DNA of 64,000 bases from Macrostomum hystrix (GCA_950097015.1 CATNEN010000003.1:1426001-1490000), one strand, 5' to 3'. Positions 1 through 12,737 are shown, numbered from the stretch's first letter. Made by a program: numbers and translations. Notes: generated by a model from the letters alone, not told the origin.

Positions 1-74
1 TAGTTCATTGCTTTGGGCTCGCAATACAGCTTAATCTAGTTTTTACCAAGTCGCTTGTCGATTGAAAATTTCAG

Positions 75-1860
75 ATGGCCGCACAGTCGGTTTCTCTTGT
101 CGTTCTACTAACTCTTGCGTTGGTGAATGGGTAGGTGGACCAAATTATATAGACTCAAAAATTTTAGCAACGTTGATACAAACTGTAGTTAGTATATTTC
201 TGCTGGCTTGGATATGATCTAAAAACGTTTTTTAACACTTATCTATACTACAGAGTTGAGTCGGACAAACGTTACTGTCTTAACGAGCTCACGGTCACCT
301 TAGAGCTGGATGACTTCTATCACAGAGACGAGACAATCATTCCTCACGTTGTTGACGAACCTTCAAGCGAGAATCGGGAGCGCATGAGCTGTCGCTGGGA
401 TGTGAGGTTGAGATCGGTCCAACCTGACCTGCAGCTGGTTCTGGAGATGCGTGATCGTAACCATGGAAACGAAGAAACAGAAGAGCAGGGCAGCGGACAG
501 TCAGAAGGACTCATGCTGCTCGACTCAAATACTGTGCTCCGTCACGGGATGTTTCTGGTCCAACCAATGAGAGATCGGTGAGACAAGGTTTTGTGTCTGA
601 AACTGGTTCTTTTAATGTTTTTGTTTGCTTAAAATTAGTTTTTTAATTCGGCTTGGCAATTTCAGAATGCAATTTACAGTGCAAGCGAACTGGGACAGGA
701 AAGCACAGAAGCCCATTGCTCAGAGCCTGAGGATTGTGATACCTCTCCCGGGAGTGTGCAGCAGAGACATGCTCAGCTTCCGCGGCAACTGCTACGCCGT
801 GACCACCGCTCTCCAGACGACCAGTCAGGTGGTGTCCAGCGTCGGAGGCAGCGCACAGCTCGCCAGTTTCAGCAGCATGGTTGAGATCGCAGACTTCATC
901 AGAGCTAGTGAGTGAGCAATGTCAGACACAACTCAAGCCTTCAAGTCCATTGCTAAAGCCTGATCTTTATCTGTTTCAGACACTGACAAAATGAGAGACT
1001 TTCCGTACACGCGCCCGCTGCACCTCAACCAGCCAGTCCGTCTCGGAATTTTCCTGAGCGCAGCCGCAGTGCTTTCGGCTGTTAGTGACAAGAGCGGCTG
1101 CAAGCTGGTGCCGGTTGGAAATGCGTCTGATTTCAGGTGAGAATTTCGCCTCGCTTAGGAGGTTACGCAATGCTGAAGTGGTGACTCGAGCATTTCACTC
1201 CTGAGGTGACGAAGTGGTGACTCATGATGCGGCTGTCTGAATTGCAGAGCTCAAGCCACACTTACTGGCCAGTGCGCCTCACTCAGAGTGACCGATCGAG
1301 ACGAAGCGGTGATCGAGTTCGACGACTGCAGCAGGCCGATGCTGTCGCTGCTGAGCTTCCCGGAGACGGCAACTCGCTCTGTTCGAAGGTCCGCGCAATG
1401 CAACGGCGCCCAGCTGGCGCGACTGGTGGAGCAACTGCGACTGCCCGAAATTCCAGAAGGCCCCTCAACGAGTCCGCTGTCCTCCGGCTTTGAGACTCAC
1501 AAGGGCTCAGATGTGAGTTTTAGGTCTGTCAGCCCTTCAGCAGTCGGTTTTGCTCTTGCTGGCGCAGTCGTTTGCCTACTCACCGCGGCATTAGCTGCTG
1601 TGCTGATCGGACGGCGACGGAAAAGAAGATTTGACTGCGAGGGCACGGCTGCTTCTGCAGTCCGTTCGCGCCGCGGCGGCGTGTGCGAGCAAATTGGTCA
1701 GACTAAGGGTGAGTCTGTCCTGATGCTTAATGAGAAAGGCCAGTATCAGTCTACAGCCGAGCAAGCAGCTACTTCTCAGGCTGTAGGAAAGCAAGACAGT
1801 GAACATGATCCTGCTGGTAATTTGATGTTCGACACGAAAAGAAATTCGATCTATGTATAA
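75..1860 (+). CDS. Type-I membrane receptor type A, copy A1 (signal peptide, CUB-like, degenerate C-type-lectin-like, TM, ~80-aa tail), 5 exons, ~463 aa
   Basis: Exons 75-130, 254-577, 666-907, 980-1136 and 1248-1860, all GT..AG with matching phases (2,2,1,2), total 1392 nt. N-terminus MAAQSVSLVVLLTLALVNGVES is signal-like. MSCRWDVRL..LQLVLEM resembles the CUB CxWxI..IxLxF motif. CSRDMLSFRGNCYAV..LASFSSMVEIADF and GQCASLRV..DCSRPML resemble the two ends of a CTLD. TM AVGFALAGAVVCLLTAALAAVLIG is followed by RRRKRR. Domain calls are by eye. Confidence 0.8.
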
Positions 1861-2680
1861 CTGAGTAATTACTTCGACTTAATTTTCTGAAGCCTTTTTG
1901 TGGTACATTGTCTAGCTGCAGACGATCACGCATTATTTAGCTGCAGCCTATGTCTGTTTTTGTGGAAAGAAATACAACTGCTGTAAATTAGCCTGTAAAA
2001 CTTAGTGCACTTAGTCCCCTGTATCATAGTATCCTACTACCCTCGTTAGTATACGTATGGTGCAAGTGAAATATGCATTTCCATGACTCTGTTAAGTCCG
2101 TTGGTGCTATTGACGAGCATGCAGATATCCATGACAGATAAATTGGCTTGTTTGTGATTTTTTGCTTGAGTTTTCAGAATTTTCTATTTAAATCGGATTC
2201 CCTGTACAAAAGTTACAAAAAAAACAATAGTTGATATTTACTCATCTGAGGAAAGAGTACTCATCTATTTTCGGTCTAATGCATGTGAGCGAATTATAAA
2301 TTTAGTTTCTGTTCTTTACTTTCGAGTTCCTTGTTCGCTGTCGCGTCAGAAAAGCTTGTACAGTGTCTAAATATATACCTGACCTAACATTTGGTATATG
2401 CAGCCAAATACTCGCGTGCTTGGACCGCAAATCCATGTCACAGTCAAAGCACATACCACCCGTAACTGACGCATTTACAGAATAATTCGTATGAATGTAG
2501 ATAGCATAAGTTGCTTAATTAGAACAGAAAATAAAATATCTGAACGCGTCAGTCAATTATGAATCACGTGTGTAACCAAGACACTGTCGTGTTCAAATTG
2601 CTGTAATTGCATTCTGTAAATTTACTGTTTTTGTTGAAATCATTCTATCTACAGGCATTTAGTTAGTAAGCATTCTAAAA

Positions 2681-2920
2681 GAGCCTATTGTTTAGAGCGT
2701 CGATCGCATGACTCGAAGGTCGAGGGTTCGATTCCAGGTACCACTGGAACAATTTGTGTCCTTTAACACGACACTTGAGTCAGCATTGCTTCAGTTCAGC
2801 TAAATGGGTACCAGCATCAGATGGGTAATTGAGGGTGGGTGGAGCGTCCCCCAGTCCATGGACTGAACAGCTGTACGCAGACTTCAAGTGCGCCGCGCAG
2901 TAGCTGCAGCTGTGCTGTCG
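2681..2920 (+). mobile_element. tRNA-derived SINE
   Basis: A-box-like AGCCTATTGTTTAGAGCG and B-box GGTTCGATTCC, then a SINE-core-like GTGTCCTTTAACACGACACTT..AAATGGGTACC. 3' end approximate. Confidence 0.6.
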
Positions 2921-3887
2921 GCTGCACATCTGTACTTGTTGGGGCAGGTGTAATTAATACTTCCTTCTTATAAATATTGCTATATTGGGAATCATTTAGT
3001 GAATATTTCATAGTCTGCAGTTTTAACCACTTTAAGCGCGTTCAGATTTCGCACAGCAAAAAGTACATTTAGACGAAAAGCATCGTGTCGGGGCACTGCA
3101 TGGCACTTTTCAGCCAATTTGAATTTTTTTGTTTAAATCTCCTTATTTTGTGTTGGTCCAGCTAAGCATGAAACTAATTTTATGATAGATACTCAAGATA
3201 ACTACGAGTACCTAGAGGTTCCGTCAGCGTTTATTTTTACCTATGCCATAAAAATATCCGAGAGTATTCCATAGATTTCTCACATTCGCTGTCTTAGTCG
3301 TATGTGCGTCAAAATTGATGTACTTTACAGCCAACGGCTTGTCCAAGCCTTTTCCCTGGATTTTCCCTGGATTATCCCTGGATTATTCCTTGGTGGCCTG
3401 CGTATAGTTCCATGTTCCAGTCAAGGCTAAATATAGAGCTGCAGTCAAAAGCACTGGAGCAGTTGTGCAAAACAGTTTCAGCCCGTACATTCAACTACTG
3501 TACTTTGTAGTGCAAAATGAACAGTGACCATGTTTTGCCATATTTGCATTATAATATATATTATCCATATACTAGTATAGTATGAAGTTTTTGCATTTTT
3601 AGCTTTACTTTTTCTTATTTAAAGATCATACAAAAACGTTACACTGCTAAAGTCGAGAAAGTCCATTATTTGAGGTACAAAAATGACATGAGGATGACAT
3701 AAAAAAGGTGGAACTTCATAAAAGTAAATGTACGCTAGTGAGCGATAAAAATAGCAATACGTACGAAAGAGTACAGTCAAACTTGTTATGGCAGCTAGTA
3801 ACACCAATTTATAAGCTCAGATTTTATCAGAGCTTCAAGGGCCAGCATCAGAAAGTGTCAGTAATACTAGGGAATACTGCATTCCTG

Positions 3888-5442
3888 ATGTGTTTCTACA
3901 TAATTATTTGGACATCGTGTGTGACGCTTGCGTTCGCCTTGCTCATGTAGGTGGGGAGCTTTCGACGATTTTCTGCTAGCGGACAAAATGCTACAGCAAA
4001 ATTTTTTCCCTCACTCCTGTGCCTTTCAGAGTTGAGTCGGCAAATCATTACTGCGTTAAAAAGCTCACACTTATCTTAGAGCTGGATGACTTCTATCACA
4101 GAGACGAGACAATCATTCCTCACGTTGTGGACGAACCTTCTAGCGAGAATCGGGAGCGCATGAGCTGTCGCTGGGATGTGAGGTTGAGATCGGTCCAACC
4201 TGACCTGCAGCTGGTTCTGGAGATGCGTGATCGTAACCATGGAAACGAAGAAACAGAAGAGCAGGGCAGCGGACAGTCAGAAGGACTCATGATGCTCGAC
4301 TCAAATACTGTGCTCCGTCACGGGATGTTTCTGGTCCAACCAATGAGAGATCGGTGAGACAAGGTTTTGTGTCTGAAACTGGTTCTTTTAATGTTTTTGT
4401 TTGCTTAAAATTAGTTTTTTAATTCGGCTTGGCAATTTCAGAATGCAATTTACAGTGCAAGCGAACTGGGACAGGAAAGCACAGAAGCCCATTGCTCAGA
4501 GCCTGAGGATTGTGATACCTCTCCCGGGAGTGTGCAGCAGAGACATGCTCAGCTTCCGCGGCAACTGCTACGCCGTGACCACCGCTCTCCAGACGACCAG
4601 TCAGGTGGTGTCCAGCGTCGGAGGCAGCGCACAGCTCGCCAGTTTCAGCAGCATGGTTGAGATCGCAGACTTCATCAGAGCTAGTGAGTGAGCGCTAATC
4701 ATTCAGGTTGATGGGATTCCATATTCTCCCTCAATGAAAATATTTCAAACATTGACTTTCAGACAACGCCAGGCTGAACTCGTTTCGGTACCGGCAGCCG
4801 CTGAGTTTGAATCTGCCGGTCCGACTCGGTCTGTTCCTCGCGTCAGTCGATGGCGCAGTCCTGTCCATCGGCAGGAGTAATGGAAGCTGCGCGCTGCTGC
4901 AACAAGTCCCGGCGCTCACGCAGTTTAGGTAGGCCATGCGGTCCGCTTAGTTCTTAGTTGGGTTCTAATGCCTGGAGGCTTCTGACCAAAATCACTCCTG
5001 ACATTTCAGGACTATCGACGGTCCGTGCGCTTCTCTTCGATTTTTAACAGATTCGAACCAGCCGAACGAAGCCGTAGTCGAGTTCGTCAGCTGTAACAGG
5101 TCGATGCTGTCGCTTTTGAACTTCCGGGAGACTTCCCTGGAGAGTACCCAGCACTGTACCGATTTAAATGGGAGCCATTTTGATAACCAGCTTGCAGAGC
5201 TTGAGAAAATATTTCTAGAATTAAATTTCAACGGAAGTAATGCCAGTTCCAATTCTACGAGTACAGACTACTGGAATTTACACAGTGACGCTTCTCTCCT
5301 GAAATCGCACTTCTCTATGATAGCCTACATTCTTCTCGCTTACGCTGCAATAGCTGCTGCTTTAGTGATTTTACTAAGGGTTTGCAGCCATAAAAACAAT
5401 AGTTACTCGAGTGTGCATCAGGCTGCTATGCAGACAGTTTGA
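3888..5442 (+). CDS. Type-I membrane receptor type B, copy B1 (CUB-like + CTLD-like, short tail), 5 exons, ~407 aa
   Basis: Exons 3888-3946, 4030-4353, 4442-4683, 4763-4928 and 5010-5442, total 1224 nt, same phases as type A. Signal-like MCFYIIIWTSCVTLAFALLIVES. TM MIAYILLAYAAIAAALVILL; tail SHKNNSYSSVHQAAMQTV. Confidence 0.78.
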
Positions 5443-5704
5443 CATTTTCCTATTCGTATCCTAAATAGTTCACTTGGCACAAGCCTCAGTAGGGTCGCTA
5501 GGAACCTGACTTCTCACAAAAAATAATATATGATTATATTTTGCTAATACTATAATTATTTTTTTAAATATTGTTATTATTATATTTATTATTATTTTAC
5601 TATTATTATTATTACTTTTTTATTATTTTTATTGTTATTATAAAGTGCGCACTCAAAAGAGGTGCTGATTTTCTTTATTTTTTCAATCGCAACTGCGAGA
5701 AGGC

Positions 5705-6162
5705 ACTTAACAATCGGATCTAATTTCACTTAACAACCGGATCTAATTTCACTTAACAACCGGATCTAATTTCACTTAACAATGGAATCTAATTTCACTT
5801 AACAACCGGATCTAATTTCACTTAACAACCGAATCTAATTTCACTTAAGAACCGAATCTAATTTCACTTAACAATCGAATCTAATTTCACTTAACAACGG
5901 AATCTAATTTCACTTAACAACCGGATCTAATTTCACTTAACAACCGAATCTAATTTCACTTAACAACCGAATCTAATTTCACTTAACAACCGAATCTAAT
6001 TTCACTTAACAACCGAATCTAATTTCACTTAACAACCGGATCTAATTTCACTTAACAACCGGATCTAATTTCACTTAACAACCGGATCTAATTTCACTTA
6101 ACAACGGAATCTAATTTCACTTAACAATTCCGGATCTAATTTCACTTAACAACCGAATCTAA
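5705..6162. repeat. 23-bp minisatellite (ACTTAACAACCGGATCTAATTTC), ~20 units
   Basis: Seen directly. Confidence 0.95.
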
Positions 6163-7909
6163 AAGGCGAAAAAACGAAAGCAAAAGCGAACGCAGAAAAG
6201 ACACGCAGAACGAAAAGTTTTTCTTGGTGAAAAAATATGTTGTTAAATATTGAATTAATTTTTAGGCATAAAATCACATTTTTTGTATTGTCACTTATAT
6301 TGTTTTCTAGATTTCTCTACCTTTTGTGTCCAGAATCTTGTAAATTCAGCTTCAAATTTCACCCTGTGTCGAATTATGGATTCTGTTTTTGTTGTCAGGA
6401 GACTGTTTTGCATCACGTTGCTGTTCATGTTTGCCTCGATACCGCAGCCAGTGTTATTCGGATCGGTTACTAATTTCCAGATAATAGAGTCTTGTCGATT
6501 AGAATTAGAGTGAAGCCTAATTCTAATTAGAGTGATAATTATGTTTATCATTGAATTAGTGGAAGTGTAAAATGGTTCAAATATTCGTTAGACTTTTGAA
6601 GACTTATAGATTGCGCAATCGAGGTGGAACGACATTTTCATCAGACATTATTGCTAAGAAAACAAGAAGTATTAGAATCTGCCGCAGATTTTCCGGCTTT
6701 GCTAACGTAAATCGTTCGGCTTTTTAAAGAACTTTGAAATCATTCGAGAACGATAGTAACGGTGTGGCCCATGCGGCGCAGACTGTTAGCATTATGCTTG
6801 AAACATAGTGATGTGTCAACAGAGCAGTTTATCGTTTCTTAGGCACTGATTTGTCTAGGCACTGAAATGTCTGAGCAAGTTGGACAAACATGGGCGACTT
6901 GCTGCTGCTGCTGTGACTCCTAAACAATGAGCGGTCCAGAGGATGCGGCCGTGTCTATAGTTCTATTTGGGTAGGCATTGCTGTTCGCAGTGTATTTGCA
7001 GCTATAAATGGTTGGGTAATCGTAGGTTTCGCATCCCTGGGCTGGCGCTGTCGGAGTAGGATACGGTCGTACTTCAATGAATTTCTTCTTCTCACAGGCT
7101 TTGCAGCAGGTGAACAGCCTGAAGCCGTGGCTAGTCCATACCTGCCGGCGCGATGAAGAATAGCCCTGCGTTTGAGAATGACAAAAAATGTTTATCTCAG
7201 GACTGAGAATCGAACTCTCGACCTCAGGTGAAAAGTCTGAAAGTCTAACGACTATATAGGCTTGTTTTCGCCTAAAAATACACAATGGAGATAGGAATTT
7301 TTTCAGTTTTTGCACTTTTAAAAGGCGATAGTTTTTTGGAAGCAGACCCAAAGATCTTATGATTTAACTTTCCTAACATGTTGTTCCTAGGAATTTGACA
7401 AAACATTTTTTCCTTTAAAATTTGAATATCTAACTATTAATTAGTCAATAAGTCGTAAGGTTTAGAGACTAATCTTATAATATTCATAAATAAATTCATT
7501 TAAGCATATATAGAAAAGGAAGGAAAAAACCCTTATTGTTCATAAATCAAGCCTGACAGAAACGATGAAGAATTATTTTTTGCTGAGAATTAAAACTTCC
7601 ACAAACGTAGTTTCCCTTCATACTACTCCTATCGGTCTTTGAGTAGTATTGCAATTCAAAACGGTAATACACATCTGTGCAGCTTACCAGTGTGACTTTT
7701 ATGGTAACGAGGGCTGTTATCGAAATTAGCAGAATAACAATGGTACTGCCGGCTACAGATAAGAAGACTTTGTTGCTATGTGTCAGGAAACCGTTGTAAC
7801 TAGCTGGAATAATTAACATTCATTTATAATCAATGCACGAGTCACCCACATTAAAGTTAATTCAACTCACGACATACTACTTACACTTGACACATTGGTA
7901 GAATCGTTC

Positions 7910-8717
7910 GCCTGACACCTCACCCTTGCAAACACCACTGGCCTGACACCTCACCCCATGCAAACACCACTGGCCTGACACCTCACCCCTTGCAAACAGC
8001 ACTGGCCTGACACCTCACCCCTTGCAAACACCACTGGCCTGACACCTCACCCCTTGCAAACACCACTGGCCTGACACCTCACCCTTGCAAACACCACTGG
8101 CCTGACACCTCACCCCATGCAAACACCACTGGCCTGACACCTCACCCCTTGCAAACAGCACTGGCCTGACACCTCACCCCTTGCAAACACCACTGGCCTG
8201 ACACCTCACCCCTTGCAAACACCACTGGCCTGACACCTCACCCCTTGCAAACACCACTGGCCTGACACCTCACCCCTTGCAAACACCACTGGCCTGACAC
8301 ATCATCCCTTGCAAACACCAGTCGGCTGACACATCACCCCATGCAAACACCAGTCGGCTGACACATCACCCCATGCAAACACTAGTCGCCTGACACATCA
8401 CCCCATGCAAACACCAGTCGGCTGACACATCACCCCATGCAAACACCAGTCGGCTGACACATCACCCCATGCAAACACCAGTCGGCTGACACATCACCCC
8501 ATGCAAACACTAGTCGCCTGACACATCACCCCATGCAAACACCAGTCGGCTGACACATCACCCCTTGCAAACACCAGTCGGCTGACACATCACCCCATGC
8601 AAACACTAGTCGGCTGACACATCACCCCATGCAAACACCAGTCGGCTGACACATCACCCCATGCAAACACCAGTCGGCTGACACATCACCCCTTGCAAAC
8701 ACCAGTGGCCTGACACC
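7910..8717. repeat. 32-bp intronic minisatellite (CCTGACACCTCACCCCTTGCAAACACCACTGG), ~25 units
   Basis: Seen directly; the second half uses a variant unit. Confidence 0.95.
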
Positions 8718-9521
8718 CATTGAAACACCACCAAAAAGTCAGTAAAAGCATTCTACTCAGAAAAAAGCAGTTTAAAGCTTGCCATGTTCACTGCCTTCAA
8801 ACAATTGAAAATCGATGACGCGACTTTCAACAGCCGGGTAAGGCACTCCAGTTTGTTCAACTGAACAGCGAACCAGCCAAGGATTATGACGCATCCACTG
8901 ACGAAAGTGCAACTGATGAATGCTGATAAACTGGTCTTGCTGAAATGTTAGACAACGAGCCCTAAATTTAATTGATTTGCTAGTGAGCAGTACAAAGACT
9001 ATGGGGATAATTAGAATTGCCAAATCTTTTTTCGGTGTCTCTCAAAACACCGCTGGCTGCGGGTCTAGTGTCACCAAATGATGTGTCATTTCCTGCAGCC
9101 CTCCAGCAATTAAAAAAACTAATGTCTGCTTTTATTGCTGATTATACTGTATCGATGATATTGTTAACGGCTAATGTGATAAGAGCCATTGAATTATATA
9201 GTTCGTAATCTAACCTTTGTCTTGTCGAGTAATTCCTCAGTTCGGTTATCTGTGGCGTTGACGAGCCAGCAGCTGTGAAGCACGCCCCAATGACTGCAGC
9301 TGTGCGATGTAACATATATGGATCTAGAGATTCCCTCACGGTCACGATTATGGCTAAACCAGCCAAGGTCTACTTTTGTTGCGCAAGGAGCTGAAATTTT
9401 AATAACATTATCCTAATCATATCCCAGATTTAGACAAATTTATGCTCATATAGAGTGCTCAACAGACAAAACGATTGTGACAAGCACTAGGTAATAGAGG
9501 ACAGAATTGGGTGGACGGAGG

Positions 9522-10312
9522 TGAGATGAGACCTGGAAGAGATGAGATAGGGAGAGAGGAGAAAAGGGGAAGAGTTGAGACGGGAGAGATAAGACGGGAG
9601 AAAGATAAGACGGGAGAGAGATAAGACGGGAGAGAGATAAGACAGGAGAGAGATGAGAAAGGGGAGAGATGAGACAGGGGAGAGATGAGACAGGGGAGAT
9701 ATGAGACAGGAGAGAGATAAGACAGGGAGAGAGATGAGACAGGAGAGAGATGAGACATGGGAGAGATGAGACAGGAGAGAGATGAGACATGGGAGAGATG
9801 AGACAGGAGAGAGATGAGACACGGGAGAGATGAGGCAGGGCAGAGATGAGACGGGGGAATGAGACAGGAGAGAAATGAAACAGGAGAGAGATGAGACATG
9901 GGAGAGATGAGGCAGGAGAGAGATGAGACATGGGAGAGATGAGACAGGAGAGAGATGAGACATGGGAGAGATGAGACAGGAGAGAGATGAGACATGGGAG
10001 AGATGAGACAGGAGAGAGATGAGACATGAGAGAGATGAGACAGGAGAGAGATGAGACATGGGAGAGATGAGACAGGAGAGAGATGAGACATGGGAGAGAT
10101 GAGACAGGAGAGAGATGAGACAGGGGAGAGATGAGACAGGAGAGAGATGAGACATGGGAGAGATGAGACAGGAGAGAGATGAGACATGGGAGAGATGAGA
10201 CAGGAGAGAGATGAGACATGGGAGAGATGAGACAGGAGAGAGATGAGACGGGGGAATGAGACAGGAGAGAAATGAGACACGAGAGAGATGAGACAGGGGG
10301 GAGATAAGACAG
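9522..10312. repeat. Purine-rich ~16-bp intronic minisatellite (GAGAGATGAGACAGGA / GAGAGATGAGACATGG)
   Basis: Seen directly. Confidence 0.93.
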
Positions 10313-10895
10313 AGCTGATTTACAGAAATCAACTATTTGAAGACCCCTGTAAAACATCGGTTTACCAGAAATCCTGTTGACAGTGAACGTTTCACCGATT
10401 TTCTTGATAAACTGATTCTGCTGAATAGCATGGCACTTGATGGAGGCTTCCATTAGCGAGTTCGTCACCAAAATTTCGTAGATTGAAGTCAGGCTTAACG
10501 CTGTGCGATTTCGTTTCGATTTAGTCGATTCTCTGATCTGAAATTGGGAGAAATCCACAAAAATGTATAGACAGGGGCACAACAAGATAAATAAGGCGGA
10601 TAGGCCCGTAATTGAGTTAAGGTAATAATTTATCTTTCTTTTCATTTTTTTTTCTCATTTAGAGCGCACAACTCGTGTATAATTATTTCAGTTTTTTTTT
10701 AGACTAATTTTGTCAAATTTGTATTTAATTTTGAATTTGAATCTAATTTGCGTCAATTTTTTACTGACAGCTCAATTGACCAAAAAAACTTTTAGTACAA
10801 CCTGCAACTTGTTATCTAATAAACAAAAATATGCGTGCATTTAACTGCGTGAGGCTCCGTGATTTAATACGCAGATGTACGAGTAATCACTGATT

Positions 10896-11946
10896 GTGTG
10901 ACTGAATTATCGATTAGTGTGACTGAATTATCGACTAGTGTGACTGAATTATCGACAAGTGTGACTGAATTATCGATTACTGTGACTGAATTATCGATTA
11001 CTGTAACTGAATTATCGATTAGTGTGACTGAATTATCGATTAGTGTGGGTGAATTATCGATTAGTGTGGCTGAATTATCGATTAGTGTGACTGAATTATC
11101 GACAAGTGTGACTGAATTATCGATTACTGTGACTGAAATATCGACTAGTGTGGCTGAATTATCGATTAGTGTGACTGAATTATCGATTAATGTGGCTGAA
11201 TTATCGATTAGTGTGACTGAAATATCGACTAGTGTGGCTGAATTATCGATTAGTGTGGCTGAATTATCGATTAGTGTGGGTGAATTATCAATTAGTGTGG
11301 GTGAATTATCGATTAGTGTGACTGAATTATCGATTAATGTGGCTGAATTATCGATTAGTGTGACTGAAATATCGACTAGTGTGACTGAATTATCGATTAG
11401 TGTGGCTGAATTATCGATTAGTGTGACTGAATTATCGATTAATGTGGCTGAATTATCGATTAGTGTGACTGAAATATCGACTAGTGTGGCTGAATTATCG
11501 ATTAGTGTGGCTGAATTATCGATTAGTGTGGGTGAATTATCAATTAGTGTGGGTGAATTATCGATTAGTGTGGGTGAATTATCGATTAGTGTGGCTGAAT
11601 TATCGATTAGTGTGGGTGAATTATCGATTAGTGTGGCTGAATTATCGATTAGTGTGGCTGAATTATCGATTAGTGTGACTGAATAATCGATTAGTGTGGG
11701 TGAATTATCGATTAGTGTGACTGAATAATCGATTAGTGTGACTGAATAATCGATTAGTGTGACTGAATTATCGATTAGTGTGACTGAATAATCGATTAGT
11801 GTGACTGAATAATCGATTAGTGTGACTGAATAATCGATTAGTGTGACTGAATTATCGATTAGTGTGACTGAATTATCGATTAGTGTGGGTGCATTTTCGA
11901 TTAGTGTGGGTGCATTTTCGATTAGTGTGGGTGAATTATCGATTAG
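10896..11946. repeat. 21-bp minisatellite (GTGACTGAATTATCGATTAGT), ~50 units
   Basis: Seen directly. Confidence 0.95.
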
Positions 11947-12221
11947 ATTGACTAAAACATGCACCATACAGTTTTTTGTCAGCAAAATCCAGCCTCTTTA
12001 AAGTTTTCTAAGAAACGCAGTTTCCCGTCCTTAAACTACTAGAAGCCATTGTGCTGACTTTGCTGCTGCCATTGATACGTCAGTGTGAAGTATTTGTTCT
12101 CCTGCTTTTTGTGACACACTTCTTCTAATGGCAAAGACTTTCTCACTCCAATCATGACCACGATTTACAAAGAAAGGATGCAAAAATTACTGTTTTAATA
12201 GTCGTTTAAATATGTGGAGGT

Positions 12222-12227
12222 TTTATT
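12222..12227 (-). terminator. Polyadenylation signal of peptide gene copy 1
   Basis: AATAAA about 147 nt after the stop codon; the same signal is at 39004-39009 in copy 2. Confidence 0.6.
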
Positions 12228-12373
12228 CTACGCTCGAAAATCCAGGGTCAAATACATGCTAACTGCTGCAATAACTATGATCAGTAATTGTTATTCTGTT
12301 GAGTGCTGTAGGAACAAATCGTGGGCGAGTCCAGGTCAGTTGTCACGTGTGCTCAGACAGTGTTGAGAAGGGC

Positions 12374-12646
12374 CTACTTGCCAGGGATCGGCAGCATGCG
12401 GTAGATCCTGTAGGCGGTCTTGGCGACGCGCCACACGCGCCCCCACCTGATGCGGATGCGGCGCAGACGGATGAACTTCTTCTGCAGCTCGGCGGCCTTC
12501 TCCTCCGACATGTCCGACTCGTCCAGGTCAGCCAGGGCCTCCAGCGCCGCCAGCGACTCGGCTTCCTCCTCCGACAGCTCCTGGCTGGGCCTGGCGACTG
12601 CCAGAGCTGCGCACAGCAGGAGTCCGAGAGCAAACTGCCACTTCAT
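12374..12646 (-). CDS. Putative antimicrobial peptide precursor, 90 aa, intronless (copy 1)
   Basis: Signal peptide MKWQFALGLLLCAALAVA; 39-aa propiece with 13 D/E ending in KK; 33-aa FIRLRRIRIRWGRVWRVAKTAYRIYRMLPIPGK (9 R, 2 K, no acidic residues). GC3-rich codons, upstream TATAAAT and downstream AATAAA. Confidence 0.9.
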   Translation of the reverse strand: MKWQFALGLLLCAALAVARPSQELSEEEAESLAALEALADLDESDMSEEKAAELQKKFIRLRRIRIRWGRVWRVAKTAYRIYRMLPIPGK

Positions 12647-12737
12647 GTCTGTGCTGCTGCTGTTGCTTGATGAAGCAGGTAGAGAAACTGAGAGTTAGCT
12701 TTGGCTTGGAGCTCTACTCAGCATTTAGAGACCTCTG

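Larger units (their letters stand above)
6920..10537 (-). pseudogene. 5'-truncated duplicate of the Ig-like receptor (exons 8-12 only)
   Basis: Exons 10537-10366, 9390-9215, 8939-8783, 7803-7688 and 7165-6920 are near-identical to the 29.1-32.1 kb copy. The duplication ends near 13010, and I find no homologs of exons 1-7 in 13-16 kb. Confidence 0.65.

Noticed and set aside
2681-2755. Possible tRNA genes (also 17240-17312, 20627-20700, 40055-40115)
   Set aside because: A/B boxes are present but there is no convincing cloverleaf, and most continue into SINE body sequence.
5401-5418. ITIM in the type B tail (NSYSSV)
   Set aside because: Position -2 is N rather than S/I/V/L, so only a YxxV motif can be claimed.
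6237-6551. Short ORFs at 6.2-6.5 kb and 28.4-28.7 kb
   Set aside because: AT-rich, overlapping on both strands, with no splice-consistent model or recognisable motif.
9446-10365. Long Ser/Leu/Pro/His ORFs in three frames (also 31298-31950)
   Set aside because: They are translations of a stop-free purine minisatellite inside an intron. Only 10537-10366 of the 399-aa ORF is a real exon.
10864-11985. LIDNSVT / TELSISV heptad ORFs (also 34782-38783)
   Set aside because: The 21-bp unit is open on both strands, and the paralogous array has stops and a very different length.
12299-12698. Overlapping ORFs around the peptide gene (123, 96 and 92 aa)
   Set aside because: They are shadow frames of a GC-rich CDS. 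Only the 90-aa frame has a signal peptide, TATA box and poly(A) signal.
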